Source of the DNA: Micrococcus luteus NCTC 2665
GTDB lineage: Bacteria; Actinomycetota; Actinomycetes; Actinomycetales; Micrococcaceae
DNA length: 32,000 bases
Direction of reading: 5' to 3'
Assembly (NCBI RefSeq): GCF_000023205.1
Contig: NC_012803.1
Coordinates: 750,001 to 782,000, forward strand
How positions within the stretch are numbered: the stretch's first letter is position 1; each line of letters starts with the position of its first letter. The position numbers were made by a program, and so were the translations under genes. Under the pieces are notes generated by a model. That model did no database searches, was not told where the DNA came from, and saw only the letters and a program-made list of their open reading frames with translations. This document shows, one piece after another, positions 1 to 7,986 of the stretch.

Positions 1-766
1 CCACGAGGCGGGACTGCGCCCCGGGGACACCGTGCTCGCCTTCGACGGGCGGCCGGTCTCCGACTGGGACGCCCTCTCCGCCGCGATCCGGGACCGCGCC
101 GGACAGCCCACGCGGATCGAGTGGGAGCGCGACGGCGAGCGGATGAGCGCCACCCTGACCCCGCGCCTGACGGAACGGCCCGTGACGGATGCGCTGGGCC
201 GGCCCGAGCGGGCCTCGGACGGGACCGTGGCGACCCACGAGGTCGGGTTCATCGGCATGGGCGCGCAGCTCGAGACGGTCCGCGGCACCCCGCTCGACGC
301 CGGCCCGCTCGTCACCCAGCAGGTGCGGGGCGTCGTCGACGTCGTCCTCGTGCTGCCGCAGCGGCTGTGGGACACCGCCGTCGCCGTGGTGACCCCGGCC
401 GAGCGCGACCCGGACGGACCGATGTCCGTGGTGGGCGTCGGCCGGATCGCCGGGGAGGCGGCGGCGCTCGAGCAGGCCACGCTGACGGACAAGGCCGCCC
501 TGCTGCTGTCCCTGCTGGCGGGCGTGAACGTGGCGCTCATGGTGTTCAACCTCATCCCGCTGCTCCCGCTCGACGGCGGGCACGTGGCCGGCGCCCTGTG
601 GGAGGCGGTGCGCCGCGGCTGGGCCCGGTTCACGGGCCGCCCCGACCCGGGGCCGTTCGACCTGGCCCGCATGCTGCCGCTGACCTACGCGGTGGGCGCG
701 GCGATGCTGCTCATGGGCGTCATCCTGATCGTGGCGGACATCGTGGAGCCGGTCCGGCTGTTCTGA
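1..766 (+). CDS. rseP: Site-2 (M50, RseP/Rip1-type) zinc metalloprotease, C-terminal part; 5' end lies outside the window
   Basis: The frame is open from nt 2 (HEAGLRPGDTVLAFDGRPV..., PDZ-like) to TGA 764-766. The C-terminal membrane segment carries NLIPLLPLDGGHV, the NxxPxxxLDG motif of M50 site-2 proteases. It lies directly upstream of ispG, as rip1 does in mycobacteria. Confidence 0.85.
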   Translation, partial: HEAGLRPGDTVLAFDGRPVSDWDALSAAIRDRAGQPTRIEWERDGERMSATLTPRLTERPVTDALGRPERASDGTVATHEVGFIGMGAQLETVRGTPLDAGPLVTQQVRGVVDVVLVLPQRLWDTAVAVVTPAERDPDGPMSVVGVGRIAGEAAALEQATLTDKAALLLSLLAGVNVALMVFNLIPLLPLDGGHVAGALWEAVRRGWARFTGRPDPGPFDLARMLPLTYAVGAAMLLMGVILIVADIVEPVRLF

Positions 767-820
767 GCCCGGTCCGTTCGCCGTGGGCGGTCGGCCCGCG
801 CCCCGGGGCGCCCGCGCGCC

Positions 821-826
821 TAGGAT
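821..826 (+). promoter_or_regulatory. Candidate -10 hexamer TAGGAT upstream of ispG
   Basis: TAGGAT matches the actinobacterial TANNNT -10 consensus and sits in the rseP-ispG spacer about 60 nt before the ispG start. No convincing -35 was seen. Confidence 0.3.
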
Positions 827-886
827 GGGCCGGAGAACCCGGCGGCCCCGCGCCGTCGACCCCCAGAACCCATGAGGAGCGCCCCC

Positions 887-2056
887 GTGCCCGTCAGCCT
901 TGGAATGCCGTCCGCCCCGCCGCCCGTGCTGGCCCCGCGCCGCACCACCCGGCAGATCCGGGTGGGCTCGGTGGGCGTCGGCTCGCAGCACCCCGTCTCG
1001 GTGCAGTCGATGACCACCACCAAGACGCACGACATCGGCGCGACCCTGCAGCAGATCGCCGAGCTCACGGCCGCCGGCTGCGACATCGTCCGCGTGGCCT
1101 GCCCCACGGACAAGGACGCCGAGGCCCTCAAGGTCATCGCCCAGCAGTCCACCATCCCCGTGATCGCGGACATCCACTTCCAGCCGAAGTACGTGTTCGC
1201 GGCGATCGAGGCCGGCTGCGGCGCCGTGCGCGTGAACCCGGGCAACATCAAGAAGTTCGACGACAAGGTCAAGGAGATCGCGCAGGCCGCCTCGGACCAC
1301 GGCACCTCCCTCCGCATCGGCGTCAACGCCGGCTCCCTGGACCCGCGCCTGCTGCAGAAGTACGGCAAGGCCACCCCGGAGGCCCTCGTCGAGTCCGCCG
1401 TCTGGGAGGCCTCCCTCTTCGAGGAGCACGGCTTCAAGGACTTCAAGATCTCCGTCAAGCACAACGACCCGGTGATCATGGCCCGCGCCTACGAGCTGCT
1501 CGCCGAGCAGGGTGACTGGCCGCTGCACCTCGGCGTCACCGAGGCCGGCCCGGCCTTCCAGGGCACCATCAAGTCCGCCACCGCCTTCGGCTACCTGCTC
1601 GGCCAGGGCATCGGCGACACCATCCGCGTCTCCCTCTCCGCGCCGCCGGTCGAGGAGGTCAAGGTGGGCCTGCAGATCCTGCAGTCCCTGAACCTGCGTG
1701 AGCGCAAGCTCGAGATCGTCTCCTGCCCCTCGTGCGGCCGCGCCCAGGTGGACGTGTACACGCTGGCCGAGCAGGTCACCGAGGGCCTCCAGGACCTCGA
1801 GGTCCCGCTGCGGGTGGCCGTCATGGGCTGCGTCGTCAACGGGCCGGGCGAGGCCCGCGAGGCCGACCTCGGCGTCGCCTCCGGCAACGGCAAGGGCCAG
1901 ATCTTCGTCAAGGGCGAGGTCATCCGCACCGTGCCCGAGGACCAGATCGTGGAGACCCTCATCGAGGAGGCCAACCGGATCGCCGGTGAGATGGACCTGG
2001 GGGAGGACGGCGGTGACCAGGCTGCCGCCGGTGCCCCGGTGGTCTCCGTCCACTGA
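887..2056 (+). CDS. ispG: 4-hydroxy-3-methylbut-2-en-1-yl diphosphate synthase (IspG/GcpE)
   Basis: The translation [49 protein letters not shown]...[11 protein letters not shown] is typical actinobacterial IspG. GTG 887 is preceded by GAGGAG (874-879) with a 7-nt spacer. It gives an N-terminus like the mycobacterial one as I recall it (MTVGLGMP...). The in-frame ATG 872 lies inside that SD and is the alternative start. Confidence 0.95.
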   Translation: MPVSLGMPSAPPPVLAPRRTTRQIRVGSVGVGSQHPVSVQSMTTTKTHDIGATLQQIAELTAAGCDIVRVACPTDKDAEALKVIAQQSTIPVIADIHFQPKYVFAAIEAGCGAVRVNPGNIKKFDDKVKEIAQAASDHGTSLRIGVNAGSLDPRLLQKYGKATPEALVESAVWEASLFEEHGFKDFKISVKHNDPVIMARAYELLAEQGDWPLHLGVTEAGPAFQGTIKSATAFGYLLGQGIGDTIRVSLSAPPVEEVKVGLQILQSLNLRERKLEIVSCPSCGRAQVDVYTLAEQVTEGLQDLEVPLRVAVMGCVVNGPGEAREADLGVASGNGKGQIFVKGEVIRTVPEDQIVETLIEEANRIAGEMDLGEDGGDQAAAGAPVVSVH

Positions 2057-2963
2057 CCGGGAGGTCCGGGCCGCCACGGGTGACCGCGTCCGCCTGCTGA
2101 CCGACGCGGACACCGCCGCGCTCGCGGCCCTGTCCGCCCGTGCCCCCGTGTCCAACGTGTTCGTGGACTCCCTGCTCGAGGCGGGCCGCCTGGCCGGCCC
2201 GCGCGGGGGAGCGGCGGGCACCCTGTTCCTCGGGATCGACGACGACGCCCCGGGCGCCGGGGGGCTGCGCGCGGCCGTCTGGATCGGCTCGAACGTGGTG
2301 CCGGTCGCCGCGTCCGAGGCCCCGGACGCGGGCTGGGCGCCGGGCGACGCGGAGGCGCTCGGCGCGGCGGCCGCCGCGCTGCGCCGCCGGTACGGGTCGA
2401 TCTACGGCCCGGCCGGTCCCGTGCTGGCCGCCGGCGAGGCCCTCGCCGCCGCGGGCCACCGGTCCCGGTCCGTGCGCCCCGACCAGCCGCTGCTCGTGCT
2501 GGGCACGGCCGGGGGGATCGACCCGAACCCGTCCGTGGTGCAGGCGCAGCCACGCGACTTCGCGCGCGTCCTGCCGGCCAGCGCGGCGATGTTCGAGGAG
2601 GAGCTCGGCTTCTCCCCGTTCGCCGGCGGCGCGGCCCAGTACCGGTACCGCGTCGAGCGGCTGATCCAGGCCGGGCGCGTCTTCATCGACCCGGGCCCGC
2701 GCGACGCGGGCGGCCCGCTGCGCTTCAAGGCGGACATCGGGCTGCTCTCCTCCCGGTGCGCCCAGATCCAGGGCGTGTGGATGGCCCCCGCCGCGCGCGG
2801 CCGAGGGCTGGCGGTGTCGGCGATGGCCGCCGTCGTGGACTACGTGCGCCTCCAGGCGCCCGTGGTCAGCCTCTACGTCAACGCGTACAACACCCCCGCG
2901 CTGCGCACGTACGAGCGCGTGGGGTTCGAACGGCGCGGCACGTTCGCGACCGTCCTGTACTGA
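2013..2963 (+). CDS. GNAT-family N-acetyltransferase (DUF4081-type, Rv2867c-like)
   Basis: C-terminal acetyl-CoA pocket motif [35 protein letters not shown]. The position immediately after ispG is conserved in actinobacteria. GTG 2013 has GGAGG (2002-2006) 6 nt upstream and overlaps the ispG 3' end by 44 nt. GTG 2031 is the alternative. The ORF-track start at 1698 is an artefactual extension inside ispG. Confidence 0.8.
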   Translation: MTRLPPVPRWSPSTDREVRAATGDRVRLLTDADTAALAALSARAPVSNVFVDSLLEAGRLAGPRGGAAGTLFLGIDDDAPGAGGLRAAVWIGSNVVPVAASEAPDAGWAPGDAEALGAAAAALRRRYGSIYGPAGPVLAAGEALAAAGHRSRSVRPDQPLLVLGTAGGIDPNPSVVQAQPRDFARVLPASAAMFEEELGFSPFAGGAAQYRYRVERLIQAGRVFIDPGPRDAGGPLRFKADIGLLSSRCAQIQGVWMAPAARGRGLAVSAMAAVVDYVRLQAPVVSLYVNAYNTPALRTYERVGFERRGTFATVLY

Positions 2964-2986
2964 CCCGGCGGACCCTGGGCGGGCGA

Positions 2987-2992
2987 TAGGAT
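2987..2992 (+). promoter_or_regulatory. Candidate -10 hexamer TAGGAT upstream of proS
   Basis: TANNNT-type hexamer in the GNAT-proS spacer, about 94 nt before ATG 3086. Confidence 0.3.
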
Positions 2993-3085
2993 CGGCGGTC
3001 AGGACGCCGGGCACTCCCGTGCCGGCGTCGTCCCGTCCCGCGCGCCGCCCCCGACCGCGCGAGCCTGTCCGAGGAGGCCCCCGTC

Positions 3086-4912
3086 ATGCCCCTGCGCATG
3101 TCCACCCTGTTCCTGCGCACCCTGCGCGACGACCCGGCGGAGGCCGAGGTGGCGAGCCACAGGCTCCTCGTCCGTGCCGGGTACATCCGTCGCGCGGCCC
3201 CGGGCATCTACTCGTGGCTGCCGCTGGGCCTGAAGGTGCTGGCCAAGGTGGAGCGGATCGTGCGCGAGGAGATGGACGCGATCGGCGCCCAGGAGGTGCA
3301 CTTCCCGGCGCTGCTGCCGCGGGAGCCCTACGAGGCCACGGGGCGCTGGGACGAGTACGGCGACGGGCTGTTCCGCCTGCAGGACCGCAGGGGCAACGAC
3401 TACCTCCTGGCCCCCACGCACGAGGAGATGTTCACGCTCCTGGTGAAGGACCTGTACTCCTCGTACAAGGACCTGCCCGCGTACCTGTACCAGATCCAGA
3501 CCAAGTACCGGGACGAGGCCCGCCCGCGCGCCGGCCTGCTCCGCGGGCGCGAGTTCATCATGAAGGACTCCTACTCCTTCACGGTGGACGACGCCGGCCT
3601 GGACGCCGCGTACGAGGCCCACCGGGCCGCCTACCTGCGGATCTTCGACCGACTCGGCCTCGAGGTCGTGCCGGTGCGGGCCACCTCCGGTGCGATGGGC
3701 GGCTCCCGCTCCGAGGAGTTCCTGCACCCCACCGAGGTGGGCGAGGACACCTTCGTCGAGTCCGACGGCGGCTACCGGGCCAACGTCGAGGCCGTCACCA
3801 CGGTGGCCCCCGCCCCGCTGGACGAGGCCGCCATGGCGGCCCTGCCCGCCGCCGAGGTCAAGGACACCCCGGTCTCCACCACCATCGCCGCGCTCGTGGA
3901 CGTCGCCAACCAGCTGGCCCCGCGCGAGGGCGAGCCGTGGACCGCCGCGGACACGCTCAAGTGCGTCGTGGTCACCGCGGTGGTGGACGGCGGTGAGCGC
4001 CGCCCGTTCGTCGTGGGCGTGCCCGGCGACCGTGAGGTGGACCTCAAGCGTCTCGAGGCCTCCGTGGGCTCGGCACTCGGCGTGGTCGGCGAGCCCACGC
4101 TCGAGGCCGCGACCGCCGCGGACCTGGCCGAGCACCCCGCCCTGGTCAAGGGCTACATCGGCCCCGCGGCCGTCGACGCGGTCGAGGGCACCCCGGTGCT
4201 CGGCGCGGACGACTCCGTCTCGGGCCTGCCCTTCTTCGTGGACCCGCGCATCGCCCCCGGCACGGCGTGGATCACCGGCGCGAACGCGGACCAGCGCCAC
4301 GTGTTCGGCCTCGTGGCCGGCCGCGACTTCACGTGGGACGGCGTGCTGGAGGCCACCGCGGTGCGTGAGGGCGACGAGGCCCCCGACGGCTCCGGCCCGC
4401 TGCACACCCGCCGCGGCATGGAGATGGGCCACATCTTCCAGCTCGGCCGCAAGTACGCCGAGGCCCTCGACCTGAAGGTCCTCGACGTCCACGGCAAGCA
4501 GGTCGTGGTGACCATGGGCTCCTACGGCATCGGCATCACGCGCGCCGTCGCCGCGATCGCCGAGCGCTACCACGACGACAAGGGCCTGGCGTGGCCGCGC
4601 GCCGTGGCCCCGGCGGACGTGCACGTCGTCGTCGCCACGAAGGGCGAGGACGGCCTCGCCGCCGCCGAGACGCTCGCCGCGAGCCTCGAGGCCGAGGGCC
4701 TGACCGTGCTCGTGGACGACCGTCCGAAGGTCAGCCCGGGCGTGAAGTTCAAGGACGCCGAGCTCATCGGCGTGCCCACCACCGTGGTGATCGGCCGCGG
4801 CCTGGCCGACGGCGAGCTCGAGCTCAAGGACCGTGCCACCGGCGAGGCCCGCCCCGTGCCCGTGGACGGGGCCGTCGCGGCCGTGCTCGCGGAGGTGCGC
4901 GACGGGCGCTGA
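3086..4912 (+). CDS. proS: Proline--tRNA ligase (bacterial type with INS editing insertion)
   Basis: [48 protein letters not shown]... is canonical ProRS. The 608-aa length is consistent with the INS domain. GAGGAGG (3071-3077) lies 8 nt upstream of the ATG. Confidence 0.97.
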
Positions 4913-5705
4913 GTGGTTCGGCGCCGTCGAGCTGACCGCCGGACTGCTCGTCCTCGTGCTCGCCGCGGGCTTCGCGGCGGGCTGGATCGACGCCGTCGTG
5001 GGCGGGGGCGGCCTGCTGCAGCTGCCGGCCCTGCTGCTCGTGCCCGGGCTGAGCCCGATCCAGGCCCTGGCCACCAACAAGCTCGGCTCGGTGTTCGGCA
5101 CGGCGACGTCGGCGCTCACCTACCGGCGGCGCCTGCGGCAGGACCTGTCCACCGCACTGCCGATGGCCGCCGTCGCCTTCGCGGCGGCCCTGGGCGGGGC
5201 CGTGGTCGCCGCGCATCTGCCGGCCGGCGTGATCCGGCCCGTGATCCTGGTGGCGTTGATCGCCGTCGCCGTGTTCACGGCCGTGCGCCCGGGCCTCGGG
5301 CAGGTCGCCGGCGTGGGGCCGCGGCGGAGCACCGCGCTGGCCCGGGCCGTGGCGCTCGGCGCGGCGGTGGGCTTCTACGACGGGGTCCTCGGCCCCGGCA
5401 CGGGCACGTTCCTCATCCTGGGGCTGGTCCTGCTGCTCAAGTTCGACTTCCTGCACGCCTCGGCACAGGCGAAGGTGGTCAACCTCGCGACCAACCTCGG
5501 CGCGCTCGCGTACTTCGTGCCCTCGGGGCACGCGGTGCTGGGCCTGGGGCTGCTGCTCGGTGCGGCCAACCTGGTGGGTGGCTACGTGGGGGCCCGCATG
5601 GCGATCGCCCGCGGCACCGGCTTCATCCGCGTGGTGTACCTCACGGTGGTGACCGCGCTCATCGTCAAGGTCGGCGCGGACACCCTCGCCCCGCTGCTGC
5701 GCTGA
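4833..5705 (+). CDS. TSUP-family (TauE/SafE/YfcA-like) anion permease
   Basis: Motifs [23 protein letters not shown] and [11 protein letters not shown] plus multiple TM segments. GTG 4833 is the only ATG/GTG/TTG start that leaves the first TM helix intact. It overlaps proS by 80 nt. The next in-frame start, GTG 4956, would truncate TM1. Confidence 0.75.
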
Positions 5706-5758
5706 CCGCGGCCCGTCCGACCCGGTCGGGAGCACTCGGCCCCGCCGTGGGCCGCCGG

Positions 5759-5764
5759 TAGGCT
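5759..5764 (+). promoter_or_regulatory. Candidate -10 hexamer TAGGCT upstream of the rimP-nusA-infB operon
   Basis: TANNNT-type hexamer about 70 nt upstream of the rimP ATG, inside a 129-nt spacer. Confidence 0.3.
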
Positions 5765-5834
5765 CGGCCCCGGATCCCGACCCGGCCCCGGCCCGCGTGG
5801 CGCGGCGGCCCCGACCCGACGAGTGAGGCACCCC

Positions 5835-6422
5835 ATGGACAGCACCGACCGCCGCGACGACCACGCCGAGCTGCGCACCCGCGTCGAGGAGGCCCTGGCA
5901 GCCGACGACGTGGTGGTGGAGCAGGTGCGCGCCACGGGCACCGCCGAGCACCGCACCGTCGAGGTGGTCCTCGACCGCGCCTCGGGCACCTACGGCCTGA
6001 GCCTGGACGACGTCGCCCGCCTCTCCGGCCGGGTCTCCGCCGCCCTCGACGCCCTGGGCGACCACGTGCCCGGCGTCGGCGCGGGGGAGTACCTGCTGGA
6101 GGTCACCACCGCGGGCGTGGACCGCCCGCTCACCGAGCCCCGTCACCTCGCCCGCAACGTCGGCCGTCTCGTCGAGGTCTCGGTCGACGGCGCCGCGCCC
6201 GTGACCGCCCGCCTGAAGGACGTGACGGACGACGACGTCGAGCTGGCCGTGGTGCGCCCGCCCGCGAAGAAGGGCATGAGGGTCAAGGAGCTGCCCGCCG
6301 AGCGGGTCGCCCTCGACCGCCTCGGTCCGGCGATCGTGCAGGTAGAGTGGAGCCCCGCTCAGCAGGCCGGCGACGCCGACGCCGCCGCGGGCGAGGACAC
6401 GGCCGAGCACACGGAGGCATGA
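5835..6422 (+). CDS. rimP: Ribosome maturation factor RimP
   Basis: Immediately precedes nusA. The sequence ...LEVTTAGVDRPLTEPRHLARNVGRLVEV... is RimP-like. ATG 5835 has GAGG (5825-5828) 6 nt upstream. GTG 5823 is the alternative start. Confidence 0.9.
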   Translation: MDSTDRRDDHAELRTRVEEALAADDVVVEQVRATGTAEHRTVEVVLDRASGTYGLSLDDVARLSGRVSAALDALGDHVPGVGAGEYLLEVTTAGVDRPLTEPRHLARNVGRLVEVSVDGAAPVTARLKDVTDDDVELAVVRPPAKKGMRVKELPAERVALDRLGPAIVQVEWSPAQQAGDADAAAGEDTAEHTEA

Positions 6423-6423
6423 G

Positions 6424-7410
6424 TTGGACATCGACATGAGCGCGCTGCGCATGCTGGAGGCGGAGCGGGAGATCCCGATGGACCGCCTCATCCCCACCAT
6501 CGAGCAGGCCCTGCTCATGGCGTACCACCGCACCCCGGGGGCCCTGAAGCGCGCCCGCGTGGAGATCGACCGCGCGACCGGCCACGTCACCGCGTGGGCC
6601 ACGGAGCTGGACGAGGACGACACGCCCATTGGCGAGTTCGACGACACCCCGAACGGCTTCGGCCGGGTGGCCGCCTCCACGGCGCGCCAGGTGATGATCC
6701 AGCGCATGCGCGAGGAGGACGACGACAAGGTCCTCGGCGAGTTCAAGGACAAGGAGGGTGAGCTCGTCTCCGGCGTCATCCAGCAGGGCCTGAACCGCCA
6801 CATGGTCCAGGTGAACCTCGGCACCCTCGAGGCCGTCCTCCCGCCGCCCGAGCAGGTGCCCGGCGAGGACTACGCGCACGGCCGCCGGATCCGCGCCTAC
6901 GTGGTCTCCGCGACGCGCGGCGCCAAGGGCCCGTCCGTCACGGTGTCCCGCTCGCACCCCGGCCTCGTGCGCAAGCTCTTCGAGCTCGAGGTCCCGGAGA
7001 TCGCGGACGGCTCGGTCGAGATCACGGCACTGGCCCGCGAGGCCGGCCACCGCACCAAGATGGCCGTGCGCGCCACCCGCCCCGGGGTGAACGCCAAGGG
7101 CGCCTCCATCGGCGAGATGGGCAGCCGCGTGCGCGCCGTCATGACGGAGCTCAACGACGAGAAGATCGACATCATCGACCACGTGGACGACCCCGCCGCG
7201 ATGATCGCCAACGCCCTCTCGCCCGCCACGACCGTCTCGGTGGAGATCCTCGACGCGGACCAGCACTCTGCCCGCGCCGTGGTGCCGCAGTACCAGCTGT
7301 CCCTGGCCATCGGCAAGGAGGGCCAGAACGCCCGCCTCGCGGCCAAGCTCACGGGCTGGCGGATCGACATCGTCGGCGACGGGGTCACCACCTCCGCCCC
7401 GGGCCGCTGA
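6424..7410 (+). CDS. nusA: Transcription termination/antitermination factor NusA
   Basis: The (M)DIDMSALRMLEAEREIPMDRLIPTIEQALLMAY N-terminus parallels the mycobacterial MNIDMAAL... as I recall it. S1 and KH regions are present (AIGKEGQNARLAAKLTGWRIDI). TTG 6424 is preceded by GGAGG (6413-6417) with a 6-nt spacer and begins 2 nt after the rimP stop. Confidence 0.95.
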   Translation: MDIDMSALRMLEAEREIPMDRLIPTIEQALLMAYHRTPGALKRARVEIDRATGHVTAWATELDEDDTPIGEFDDTPNGFGRVAASTARQVMIQRMREEDDDKVLGEFKDKEGELVSGVIQQGLNRHMVQVNLGTLEAVLPPPEQVPGEDYAHGRRIRAYVVSATRGAKGPSVTVSRSHPGLVRKLFELEVPEIADGSVEITALAREAGHRTKMAVRATRPGVNAKGASIGEMGSRVRAVMTELNDEKIDIIDHVDDPAAMIANALSPATTVSVEILDADQHSARAVVPQYQLSLAIGKEGQNARLAAKLTGWRIDIVGDGVTTSAPGR

Positions 7411-7444
7411 CCGTCCCCGGGAACAGGTCCGGGCCCGGACGCGC

Positions 7445-7450
7445 TAGGAT
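7445..7450 (+). promoter_or_regulatory. Candidate internal -10 hexamer TAGGAT upstream of ylxR-infB
   Basis: The context cgcTAGGATgg resembles the ispG-upstream element (cgccTAGGATgg). It lies 35 nt after the nusA stop. Confidence 0.3.
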
Positions 7451-7494
7451 GGATGAGGTCCTTTCTCGATCCGACGCCCGTGAGGGGTGAACGC

Positions 7495-7794
7495 ATGACG
7501 TCTCGGACGGTCGTGCGCACCTGCATCGGATGCCGATCGAGGGCGGATCAGCAAGAGCTGGTGCGCGTCGCCCTGGACTCCTCGACGGAACCCCCATCCG
7601 TCGTCTGGGACCCGGAACGACGCCGTCCCGGCCGGGGTGCGTGGTTGCACCCCGGCGAGGAATGCCTCCACCGCGCCCTGCGCCGCCGCGCGTTCGGGCG
7701 GGCCTTCCGGTCCGCCGTCGACGCCGACGCGCTGGTCCGCACCGCGGAGGCACCGGCTGACAGACCGACAGATGAAGGCGGGTCAGAGATCTGA
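7495..7794 (+). CDS. ylxR: YlxR/RnpM-family (DUF448) RNA-binding protein
   Basis: RTCIGCR and GRGAWLHP motifs, in the conserved position between nusA and infB. ATG 7495 has GAGGGG (7482-7487) 7 nt upstream. The ORF-track start 7453 is a less likely extension. Confidence 0.9.
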   Translation: MTSRTVVRTCIGCRSRADQQELVRVALDSSTEPPSVVWDPERRRPGRGAWLHPGEECLHRALRRRAFGRAFRSAVDADALVRTAEAPADRPTDEGGSEI

Positions 7795-7836
7795 TGCGTA
7801 CCCGATGAGCACTGAAGCATGAGTGCCCAGCGATGA
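7792..7836 (+). other. Ladder of four TGA stops at exact 14-nt spacing, each fused to an ATG (TGATG, ATGA, ATGA, ATGA)
   Basis: Read directly: TGA at 7792 (ylxR stop), 7806, 7820 and 7834; ATG at 7794, 7805, 7819 and 7833. Function is unknown (see findings). Confidence 0.5.
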
Positions 7837-7857
7837 ACTTCACCCCCTGCTATCAGG

Positions 7858-7900
7858 CAGGCCGTGGTGCGCGTGCCCTGGTGGCGCGCGCGACGGCCTG
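7858..7900 (+). promoter_or_regulatory. Long GC-rich RNA hairpin in the infB leader
   Basis: CAGGCCGT (7858-7865) pairs perfectly with ACGGCCTG (7893-7900). After one G/G mismatch, 7867-7874 pairs with 7884-7891 (8 pairs including 2 G-U). The loop is 9 nt. Confidence 0.5.
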
Positions 7901-7949
7901 GAGCAACGTCAACGGTCCCAGGACGCGCTGAGACGGACAGCCCGAGCGG

Positions 7950-7982
7950 CTCCCGTTCCGGCCCGTGGGGCCAGAACAGGAG
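7950..7982 (+). promoter_or_regulatory. Hairpin sequestering the infB Shine-Dalgarno
   Basis: CTCCCGTTCCGGCCC (7950-7964) pairs with GGGCCAGAACAGGAG (7968-7982). That gives 13 Watson-Crick pairs, 2 C/A mismatches and a GUG loop. The SD AGGAG (7978-7982) is inside the 3' arm, 4 nt before GTG 7987. Confidence 0.5.
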
Positions 7983-7986
7983 AACC

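Noticed and set aside
1698-2012. Upstream part of the 421-aa ORF that contains the GNAT gene
   Set aside because: It lies entirely within ispG in another frame. The GNAT homology begins only near the ispG stop.
2926-2947. SOS-box-like half sites TCGAAC ... GTTCGC
   Set aside because: The spacer is 10 nt rather than the 4 nt of the actinobacterial LexA box (TCGAAC-N4-GTTCGA). The second half site is imperfect. The sequence also lies inside the GNAT coding region.
2964-3085. Possible T-box or other riboswitch leader upstream of proS
   Set aside because: The spacer is only 122 nt, and about 90 nt after the candidate -10. That is too short for a T-box. I saw no specifier-loop or T-box-like motif.
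2999-6824. Minus-strand ORFs 2999-5119 (706 aa) and 4824-6824 (666 aa)
   Set aside because: They are antisense to proS, the TSUP gene, rimP and nusA, and have no recognisable domains. This is the high-GC artefact again.
7864-7986. In-frame upstream extension of infB (ORF-track start GTG 7864)
   Set aside because: IF-2 proteins begin at the conserved (M/V)[16 protein letters not shown] 7987 has an AGGAG SD. By my count, GC3 over the 41 codons of the extension (7864-7986) is about 75%, below the near-100% of the real genes. The extension also runs through the two leader hairpins.
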